A DNA stretch of 61,137 bases, filler included. It is 10 parts of 10 records of this genome, joined end to end, with 100 filler letters (N's around TTAATTAATTAA, not from the genome) between each part and the next. Parts side by side here need not be neighbours in the genome. Positions count along the whole stretch, not along the records: positions 10,800 to 16,125 come from SRR31147125_57247; positions 16,226 to 23,851 come from SRR31147125_57261; 8 more parts are not named here. One strand, given 5' to 3'. Positions 12,081 to 20,023 of the stretch are shown here, in pieces. Both the position numbers and the translations under genes were made by a program. Each line of letters opens with the position of its first letter. Within the stretch, counting starts at the first letter, position 1. The notes beneath the pieces are model-generated. The model saw only the letters and a list, made by a program, of their open reading frames with translations. It was not told where the DNA came from and ran no database searches.

Positions 12081-12552
12081 TGAGGGGAAAATAATGAAAT
12101 CAACTATAGAGACACATATCGATATGCTTCTGGATGAAAGAGCTCGGCTTGAGGAAAGCGCAAATCATCTTCGTGTAAGGCATTTTGAGCTAGAACAAAA
12201 AATCACGGCTAAATTACATCAAAGAGATTGCCCTCCAGGTAAAATATTAAAGGCTGTGGGAGCATTTTATCGGAAAAAGGATCAACTCAAAACTGACATT
12301 AGAGATATCGAAAAAAGGCTTGATGAATTAGATAAGAGCATCAGACAACTTGAAAAAGAAAAAGAGATATCATCCCCGTCTTACATAGACCACTCTCAAG
12401 CCCTTAAGTTGTTCCAGATGGCCAAAGAGGTTGACTTGCAGTCATTGTGTAGTCCTGAAGGAATTTGCCAGAACCGGCGGCAAAATGCCGGAATCTCAAA
12501 AGATGGTTACAGAGATCATTCAAAGGTGGTCACTGCTCTTAGAAAAGATTGA
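12052..12552 (+). CDS. Phage hypothetical coiled-coil protein (true start may be 12094; 3' end may be frameshifted)
   Basis: Heptad-like charged helix; GAGGGG RBS before MKSTIE. Confidence 0.55.
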   Translation: MAETLTQAYNEGKIMKSTIETHIDMLLDERARLEESANHLRVRHFELEQKITAKLHQRDCPPGKILKAVGAFYRKKDQLKTDIRDIEKRLDELDKSIRQLEKEKEISSPSYIDHSQALKLFQMAKEVDLQSLCSPEGICQNRRQNAGISKDGYRDHSKVVTALRKD

Positions 12553-12844
12553 TGGTGAAGCAGATCCACATTATGGAGAGTCTGACGTTCACCTTTTGGC
12601 CTGTTGTCGAGGTGGGGCATGAGCGTATGTCTATTCCGTCTTAAAATACCTACACTTTTTTCTGAAGCCCCCTACAGGTAAGGGCTATCAGCACTTCAGC
12701 ACAAACAGATGTTGACACCCACCCATGCCAGACATGCAGGAAACAGAGAATAAGACGACATCAGGATAGAATGTAATTGTCATCAACGGAACACCAAAAT
12801 GAAAAGACAATGCTCAACCGTTACATAAAAGAGAGGGAGTAGAA

Positions 12845-13498
12845 ATGAATCTCGATATCAAGATGTCCAAAAGTGATTTAAGAGATCTCGAAAGGACGCT
12901 GAACAATATCAGAAACGGTTCAAAAAAGGCTTTAACCAAAGCTTTGAACGGTACTGCCAGTACCACCAAGGTTCAAATCAGAAAGAAGTTAGGGCAGAAA
13001 CTGAATCTTAAAGCGTCACGAATTAACGAGGACCTGAGCGTAGAAAAAGCCAACTATAGCAAGCCGTCAGCCTGTGTGAGGGCTGTAGGCGCTCCGGTCG
13101 GTTTGATCAACTTTGCTGTAAGCAGGTCGAAAAACAAAGTGAAAGCCAGACAGCATGACGATGGTGTTGCCGTCAGAATCTACAAGGGTGGGAAGACTGG
13201 CGTAATAAAGCACGGATTCATCGCCAGCACTAAAGCAGCTTCAAGACCCGGTGGAAGCAAAGAGCATCTTTTCCGTCGGCAATACAAAGGACCAAGGAAG
13301 CCATACAACCCTGATAGAAATTATGCGGCAATGCCAAAGAAGTACCGCCTTCCGGTTGAACGACTGACCGGTCCCCGTATCGAAGATGTGTTGGCAAAGG
13401 ATGAAACTTTGAAGCCCATCGAAAAGGATGCCGCTGATCTCTTAACCAAAAACCTGGATAAAGAGACAGAGGATTTGCTCCGCCGGGCAAAACTCTAA
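12845..13498 (+). CDS. Phage minor tail protein Z-like (lambda gpZ family)
   Basis: Basic protein with KALTKALN.TA, G.I.HGFIA, LFRR, RLPVERLTGP pattern typical of gpZ; GAGGGAG RBS. Confidence 0.75.
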   Translation: MNLDIKMSKSDLRDLERTLNNIRNGSKKALTKALNGTASTTKVQIRKKLGQKLNLKASRINEDLSVEKANYSKPSACVRAVGAPVGLINFAVSRSKNKVKARQHDDGVAVRIYKGGKTGVIKHGFIASTKAASRPGGSKEHLFRRQYKGPRKPYNPDRNYAAMPKKYRLPVERLTGPRIEDVLAKDETLKPIEKDAADLLTKNLDKETEDLLRRAKL

Positions 13499-13500
13499 AA

Positions 13501-13740
13501 ATGAAGCTGATGTTTTCCTTGATAAAGAAAGCCCAGGACCAGGCAGATATACCCCTGGTGTATGACAAACGGGGTGGTGCTATCTGTCCATGGTGTAGAT
13601 CCCGTGCTCCAGTGGTGGAGAGTGTCCGGATAAAGGGTGGAGTAAAAATCCGGTATCACCGCTGCCGGAACACCGGCAAATGCCTGATTGCCTCCATGGG
13701 GCTGATGATGAAGAGTGAACAGCAGATTGATATCAAATAA
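13501..13740 (+). CDS. Small zinc-ribbon protein (Ogr/Delta-like), possible late-gene activator
   Basis: CPWC...IRYHRC....C cysteine pattern. Confidence 0.5.
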   Translation: MKLMFSLIKKAQDQADIPLVYDKRGGAICPWCRSRAPVVESVRIKGGVKIRYHRCRNTGKCLIASMGLMMKSEQQIDIK

Positions 13741-13743
13741 TAT

Positions 13744-13869
13744 TGCGCCTCTGCCGGTGACGCGCGACTGGATGGGCCTGGATAGTCCGGCTTAGCGACT
13801 GGGTGATGGGGGCATGGTTCATAGCCGTGCTCACCTCCATGGTTTGGCCATACTGAATGGCTGGGCGCA
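13744..13869 (+). ncRNA. Candidate multi-stem structured RNA
   Basis: GC-rich intergenic segment closed by tgcgcct/gggcgca and containing four or more internal hairpins with G-U pairs. Confidence 0.4.
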
Positions 13870-13902
13870 TTTATCAAACATATGAGAATTGAGGTGGAAT
13901 GA

Positions 13903-14175
13903 ATGGAACAGGATAAACTATTAGCATTGCAAGAAGACTTGGACGCACTCGCAGAAAAATATGATTTAGAGCATTGTGCTTTTGTGGGTGAAGATTCTGA
14001 AGAGGTGCACTTTGTGGGTGACCTGTCTGGATCAAACATTATGAAAACCACTCAAAACATTGGTTTCATGATGCAGTGGGCAATCATACAAGCCGGAAAG
14101 GCTTTTAACGATATGGAGAAAGGGCAGCCACAAAACCTGCAAGAGATCCCAGAAGACTGCGTGGCCAGTTGCTAG
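13903..14175 (+). CDS. Phage hypothetical protein
   Basis: GAGGTG RBS, acidic 90-aa ORF. Confidence 0.6.
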   Translation: MEQDKLLALQEDLDALAEKYDLEHCAFVGEDSEEVHFVGDLSGSNIMKTTQNIGFMMQWAIIQAGKAFNDMEKGQPQNLQEIPEDCVASC

Positions 14176-14426
14176 GCCCTTCCGATCAGCACAATGATGA
14201 ATTATGCGAAAAACGACATAAAAGGATAGAACATGAAACGCGTCACACTATCTGAAGATTAGATAAAAAGCTGGATAAGAAGTATGGCTGCATCAGATCT
14301 ATTTCAAAATTGCCCCAGGGATTGCAGAGAGATTTTAGTAGAGACATTGACAGCTTTTGTCATGATGCAAGGAACCCATGGAGAAGGACCTCCCCTTTTT
14401 GACGGGTATGATGAAAGGGAGGTGAC

Positions 14427-14975
14427 ATGACCAACCCTCCCTCGTTTAAAAGCTTGAATGAAGTGTTGCGTCATTTGCAAGATTCTGAATATTCTATTTC
14501 AAAATCCGCAATATATCGACACAAGGATGCGGGTAAAATCCGCATAGAGGACGATGGAAGCGTTTTGGAGGCTGAGGTAAGGGCCTATGCTGCAACCCAC
14601 CTAGAAAAAGATATTGTAGCTACCGTAGAGGACGCACCCCAACTTCAAGCGGAAAAGGTGGAACTGGAAAAGCAGAAGCTCAAAGAACAGATTGCCAAGC
14701 TGAAGTTTTCCAGAGAACGGGATGAGGGATTATATGTTCCAGCTGATGAGGTAGACCAACGCATGGTGGGTATCATCATGGTGTTGGATACCAATTTCCG
14801 TCAATTGATCGATCTTACCATGACAGACATTTGTTCGAAGCTGGAGGGCAATGTGAAGAGAGTCAATGACGCGCGTGACTTCTTTGAACAGGAACTTGAC
14901 GAAATGATGAACCGCCTTTCAAGGACAGATCAGTTTTCAATCCAGTTCCAGGCAACGGATGAAGTTGAACCATGA
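14427..14975 (+). CDS. Putative terminase small subunit (Nu1-like): N-terminal HTH plus coiled coil
   Basis: GGAGGT RBS; ISKSAIYRH..AGKI HTH followed by KLK.QI.KL...RE..EG.YVP.DEV helix, as in lambdoid TerS-like proteins. Confidence 0.55.
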   Translation: MTNPPSFKSLNEVLRHLQDSEYSISKSAIYRHKDAGKIRIEDDGSVLEAEVRAYAATHLEKDIVATVEDAPQLQAEKVELEKQKLKEQIAKLKFSRERDEGLYVPADEVDQRMVGIIMVLDTNFRQLIDLTMTDICSKLEGNVKRVNDARDFFEQELDEMMNRLSRTDQFSIQFQATDEVEP

Positions 14976-15346
14976 CCGACAGCATCCCCCATGCATCAGA
15001 TCAACAGTCATCCATGGTGGAGGTAATGCGCCCCTTTGCACTGTTGTCAGTTGCAATGATAAACCGGGCTGCAAATGATATCAGCAACGGGGAGCTCAAA
15101 GATTCATGGCAAGACTGGTTGTTTCGGAAGGATGCAGAGCACCATCCGCTTTCTTTTGAGAATTGTTGTCATACCATCCAAGAGGTTGTGGCTGGATACG
15201 GATATGGTGACATCGATGTCGAGTGGATCCGTAATCTGATCATTCACCAACCTGAGATCGCCTCCAAAGCCATCGGTCAGATTCGGAGCATTATAAAATT
15301 CGGGGAACCTGGGCACCATTTTTTCCACGAAAGCAGAAAAATATGA
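14972..15346 (+). CDS. Phage hypothetical protein
   Basis: ATGA overlap with the TerS-like gene; A.I.RA..D...WLF...SFE.CC pattern resembles small phage proteins. Confidence 0.6.
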   Translation: MTDSIPHASDQQSSMVEVMRPFALLSVAMINRAANDISNGELKDSWQDWLFRKDAEHHPLSFENCCHTIQEVVAGYGYGDIDVEWIRNLIIHQPEIASKAIGQIRSIIKFGEPGHHFFHESRKI

Positions 15347-15446
15347 GTGGTTGAAATTATGAATTTCGTGAATACATCACCCATTAATTCCATAGATCTC
15401 ATGGCATGATTTTTAATAGAATCCCATTTTACGGGGCTTTCGGCGG

Positions 15447-15474
15447 GGGTGTGATAATATACATTATGTTAACT
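15447..15474 (+). other. dif-like XerCD recombination site
   Basis: GGGTGTGATAA-TATACA-TTATGTTAACT: 11-6-11 layout; the right arm differs by one base from the E. coli XerD arm TTATGTTAAAT; the left arm ends ATAA. Confidence 0.7.
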
Positions 15475-15757
15475 TTTTTGAAGGTGGTGGATGTATTGCG
15501 TTGAAATAATACAGAATATATTGCATTATTCGAATATCAACATAAGGCAATCAGTAACAAGCTCAACCACTAAAAACAGCCTCGAATTTCGAAGTAAAAG
15601 GGAAAAAGAGGTGATTTCAACTTTATTTGCATCAAAATCACTTCGAACCTCGAACTATTAAATTGATTCATTTGGAACTAACTTTGTAGCTCATATTTTC
15701 CGAAATGTGAGCCACAAACAACTTTGAAGATCATAGATTGAAGACAAAGAGAGGATC

Positions 15758-15979
15758 ATGCCCTATTATAGAATTTCGAACGGCTTCATCTGCATATCAC
15801 CACGATATCGTCTGAGACTATCCGATGGAAGATACATCTATCTGTCTTGGCATCGATATTGTGGTCCTATGGATGTCTGTTTTGATAAATGGCTGGAAAG
15901 GGAGATACCGGACTGGGAGAACGATCCTTTGATCACTGATGCCATTGGTTGGTTTATGGATAGGGGGTGTAGAGCATGA
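15758..15979 (+). CDS. Phage hypothetical protein
   Basis: GAGAGG RBS; aromatic-rich 73 aa; ATGA overlap with the next ORF. Confidence 0.6.
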   Translation: MPYYRISNGFICISPRYRLRLSDGRYIYLSWHRYCGPMDVCFDKWLEREIPDWENDPLITDAIGWFMDRGCRA

Positions 15980-16125
15980 AAATCAAAGACAAGGATCTGA
16001 AAGAGATGATCGATGTGTGCCACCGGGATTGTCCGAATCGTCCCTGCTACTGGCCACGGCCTGATCCCGGATCATTCACCCAGGGAAGGGGATATCGTCA
16101 CCGGTCGAATGATTGGATATGCGGC
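15976..16125 (+). CDS. Cys-rich phage hypothetical protein (3' truncated)
   Basis: CHRDC....C...WIC; runs into the spacer. Confidence 0.55.
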
Positions 16126-16225
16126 NNNNNNNNNNNNNNNNNNNNNNNNNNNNNNNNNNNNNNNNNNNNTTAATTAATTAANNNNNNNNNNNNNNNNNNN
16201 NNNNNNNNNNNNNNNNNNNNNNNNN
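16126..16225. other. Artificial contig spacer
   Basis: N44-TTAATTAATTAA-N44. Confidence 0.99.
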
Positions 16226-18072
16226 AATTATATACTGGATTCAACAACAAACACAGTATTAGCGTTGATGGAGTGGATGATACCATAAGCGTAGCAAACA
16301 CACTGGCAGCTATATATTCGCTTGGTGATTATGTATGGATTGATGAAGATAGAGATGGTGTACAGGATGATGGTGAGATACCAGTAGACAATGTAACAGT
16401 AACACTGTTTGATGACAATGATAATCAGATAGGAGATCCTGTAACTACTGGTTCTGGCTCGTGGGACAGCGGATATTATCGCTTTTCTGATCTTACTGTA
16501 GGAAGATATTATGTAGTGTTTTCAAATATTCCGGGAAACTATGTGTTTACAAGCTCGGATACTGGCACAGACGACACTGATGATAGTGATGCTAATACAA
16601 CAACAGGAGTTTCGCAAACTGTATTGGTTGATGATACGACAACAACAAATTATCACTATCCGCATTTAGATGCTGGTATACATTCGAATACAACAAGGTT
16701 ATATTCGCTTGGTGATTATGTTTGGATTGATGAAGATGAAGACGGCGCACAGGACAGTAATGAAGTTGCAGTAAACAATGTTGCTGTAAAGTTATTTGAC
16801 AGTAGTGGAACTCAAATTGGATCAACTGTTTATACTGGAGATGGTAATTGGGCTGATGGATATTATGAATTCACAGGTTTAACAGAGGGAGACTATTATG
16901 TAGAGTTCTCTTCTATACCTGTGGGATATGACTTTACTGGGCAAAATATTGGTGACGACACACAAGACAGTGATGCTAATATAAATACTGGAAGAACAGC
17001 TATTGTAACAATTAATGATGCAAGTACTGATGCAAACGGACACTATCCAGATCTGGACGCTGGAATATATCTAAACCCTGAGTCTGCAAATGTTCATGTA
17101 TACGCTAAAAAGATGGTAAATGGTGATGTGCCGCTAGAGTGTGAACAATTTGGGTTTACTATTACAAAGACAGATTTAAACGGAAATGTAATAACTGGGT
17201 CGGGTTCTTATAGCGAAGCTGTTTATAATGAAAAAGCGAATATTGATTTTAACTTACATTATGATGAGTCAGATATAGGCAACACTTATTATTATAAGAT
17301 AAAAGAGCAAGATACTAAACTATATGGATATACGATTGATTCATCGGTAATTGATATTGAAGTTAGGGTTTATCAAGATGGAGACAATATAGCGACAGAT
17401 GTTGTTAGGAGTGTAGGATCGAAAGAACTTACATCGGATTATACATTTAATAATAGTTTTGCAAAATTAACAGAAGAAGAGATGGAAGAGCAAGGCGTAG
17501 ATCCGATATTTACTGTGACAAAAACTGTTGACGGAAAACCTGTTTCGCAACGAGAGGTCTTCTCGTTTAAGGTTGAACAAGTTGATATAAACGGCAATAC
17601 AATCGCAGGAGGATTTAGTGAAGTTGTGCAAAATAATGCAACAGGATATGCAGAATTTTCTCAAATCTTGTACTATGCTGAAGATATAGGAAAAACATAT
17701 TACTACAAAGTAAGCGAGATTGCAGGATCAGGAGATTATGTTTATGATACATCGCAGTACACAGCGACAATTGAGATAACCAATGATGATCCTTCTACAC
17801 CAGCGGTCGTAACCGTTGTTATGCGTGATGAAAATGGAGTTCAACTTAGCAGAGCAGTTATAGCTGATCAAGGGCTAGAGGTTCGTGTACCTTCGGTATC
17901 ATTTAATAACCTTTCGAAAGATGATGGTTCAGATGGAAATAATAATGATAAGGATAACTTGCCTGATACCGCGACTTATAATTATCTATGGATTATAATT
18001 GCTATAATAGGTGTTGTTCTAGCAAGCTTTGGGTTTAATAGAGTCTTGGTTTTGTATAACAAACAAATATAA
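16226..18072 (+). CDS. Sortase-anchored surface adhesin C-terminal part: two SdrD B-like domains, two Spy0128/FctA-like domains, LPDTA anchor (5' truncated)
   Basis: Repeated YSLGDYVWIDED.DG.QD...DSDA...G...LDAG; repeated KK.V.G...F.F...DIG.TYYYK..E; LPDTA plus hydrophobic tail. Confidence 0.88.
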
Positions 18073-18160
18073 TATGTTTTGTTGTATTTGTAGTTTATGA
18101 TAGCTTAAACGCTCTTGTAGTTCATTTACTTTAACTAAAAAATCATTTTACTAATACGCC

Positions 18161-18200
18161 ATTGAGCGTCTTATAAGAGCCTATTTATAAGACGCTCAAT
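18161..18200 (+). terminator. Perfect 16-bp inverted repeat, probable terminator
   Basis: attgagcgtcttataa-N8-ttataagacgctcaat. Confidence 0.7.
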
Positions 18201-18579
18201 AAAATTAACGAATCAGCGTGTTTTTTTGCCTAACATTGTCATCACATATATGTTGTATCTCTTTTTTTCACTATAATTATTTCGCTCTACAAACTGAAAT
18301 AATTAATAAAAAATCTAATATGTAGCAAAATCTATCTGCATTTTTTCAGTTTTATATCCATTTATATTTAGTTCTATCCATCATTAATGTTTAAAAAGTT
18401 TTTTGCTCCATTTTTACAAATAATATCATATATTTGTATATTCTATTAGAAAAGCTAATATAATAAATAATTAGAACGCTTAAAACTTTGATTTACTTTT
18501 AGTAAACCGCATAAAACCGCACGAATATAAAAATACGGTATTTACTAAGCTATTATAACAAACTTATAATATTGTTCGG

Positions 18580-18634
18580 CTTAAAGCAAGCTGAAAATTC
18601 TCTTAAGAAAGTTTTAAGTTACGTGATATAAACT
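18580..18634 (+). promoter_or_regulatory. OmpR/PhoB-family (CiaR-like) tandem box with -10 element
   Basis: TTAAA/TGAAA/TTAAG/TTAAG at 18581, 18592, 18603 and 18614 (exact 11-bp period); CTTAAG-N5-TTTAAG-N10-TAAACT. Confidence 0.6.
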
Positions 18635-18657
18635 TAAGTCAACAAATCGAAAGGGAA

Positions 18658-19361
18658 ATGAAAAATATGAGTAAATCTACATTTAAACGTTACGAAAAAA
18701 AATACTTGATGGATGATAAACAATATGAAGAACTGATGTGTAATATTGGTTCACATATTAAGCCAGATGAGTTTTCTAAATATACAATTGGGAACATATA
18801 TTATGATACTGAAACTTACGAGATTATACGTAACTCTATACAAAAACCAGTGTATAAAGAAAAGTTAAGAACAAGATGTTATCTATCGGATAAAGCAAAA
18901 GATGAAGTGTTTTTGGAGCTGAAAAAAAATATAAAAAAGAGGTGTTTAAACGCAGAGTGTCTATGACAACTGAAGAATTCGAAATGTATACGAACTTCAA
19001 TATAGAGCCTGATGTATCTAAACAGATATTGAATGAAATTGAATATTTTCAATCAAAATATCAAGTAAAGCCAAAAATATATATTGCATATGATCGAAAG
19101 GCGTTTAAGGGCATACAGGAGCAGGATATACGTATAACATGCGATAAAAACATACGGTTTAGAACAGAAAACTTGGATTTTGAGCATGACGACGGTGTTG
19201 CGATTTTAAATGATAATATGCGATTGGTAGAAATAAAAATTTGTGGAGCAATGCCAATATGGCTCAGTAGTGCGCTCAACACATCGCAGATCTACCCAAC
19301 TTCGTTTTCAAAATACGGTTATTGCTATAAAAATTATTTAGCAAAACACTATGTATCTTAA
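18658..19361 (+). CDS. VTC (polyphosphate polymerase-like, CYTH/TTM fold) domain protein; split by a one-base deletion in the A8 run at 18922-18929
   Basis: RYEKKY, IYYDT, YKEKLR.R.Y, FLELKKK, K.RV, YDR.AF, RIT.D, VEIK, FSKY motifs. Confidence 0.88.
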
Positions 19362-19371
19362 GGAGGAAAAT

Positions 19372-20022
19372 ATGTTAGAAAATTTTGATTTAATTACTAC
19401 GTTAACAAGAACAAGCTCTGCGATTGGTCTAGGACTGATTATAGCAATAATATATATGTACAAAAGTAACTACCATAAATCGTTTGTTGTTACACTAACG
19501 TTGTTGCCTGCTATTGTAGGTGCGGTAATATCTATTGTAAATGGAAACCTTGGAACGGGTGTTGCTGTTATGGGCGCATTTAGCTTAGTAAGGTTTAGAT
19601 CCATACCAGGAACTGCTAAAGAAATTGCTCATATATTTTTTGCAATGGCAGTAGGTCTTGCAACTGGTATGGGGTACATTGCTTATGCCGCAATTTTAAC
19701 TGTAATGGTTGGTTTAGCGTCATTAATTCTGTTTAGCAGTAAGTTTGGCGATGATAAACGCATGATTAAGCAGCTAAAGATAGTAATACCAGAAAATCTT
19801 GACTATGCAGGGCTGTTTAATGATTTATTTAAAAAATATACATCAAGGCATTGTTTAAAGCGTGTAAAGACAACAAACATGGGCAGTTTGTTCCAGTTGC
19901 AGTATGAAATTATTCTTAATAATGAGGATTTGGAAAAGGAGTTTATAGACAAGTTAAGGTGTCGTAATGGCAATTTAGAGATCGCTTGTGGATATGCTTC
20001 GGATATTAGTGAGGTGCTATAA
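19372..20022 (+). CDS. DUF4956 family membrane protein
   Basis: AGGAGG RBS; VNGNLGTGVAVMGAFSLVRFRS.PG, KTTNMGSLF, FID.LRCRNGNL. Confidence 0.9.
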   Translation: MLENFDLITTLTRTSSAIGLGLIIAIIYMYKSNYHKSFVVTLTLLPAIVGAVISIVNGNLGTGVAVMGAFSLVRFRSIPGTAKEIAHIFFAMAVGLATGMGYIAYAAILTVMVGLASLILFSSKFGDDKRMIKQLKIVIPENLDYAGLFNDLFKKYTSRHCLKRVKTTNMGSLFQLQYEIILNNEDLEKEFIDKLRCRNGNLEIACGYASDISEVL

Positions 20023-20023
20023 A

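Larger units (their letters stand above)
10800..16125 (+). mobile_element. Phage/prophage-like fragment (probable Desulfobacterota-type host)
   Basis: Co-oriented primase, gpZ-like protein, Zn-ribbon protein, TerS-like protein and many short hypotheticals; no housekeeping genes. Confidence 0.8.

Noticed and set aside
18922..18929. Programmed frameshift or phase variation in the VTC gene (also susC G5, fur A7, pilC T4)
   Set aside because: The same one-base-short pattern occurs in many unrelated contigs and in essential genes; sequencing error is the simpler explanation.
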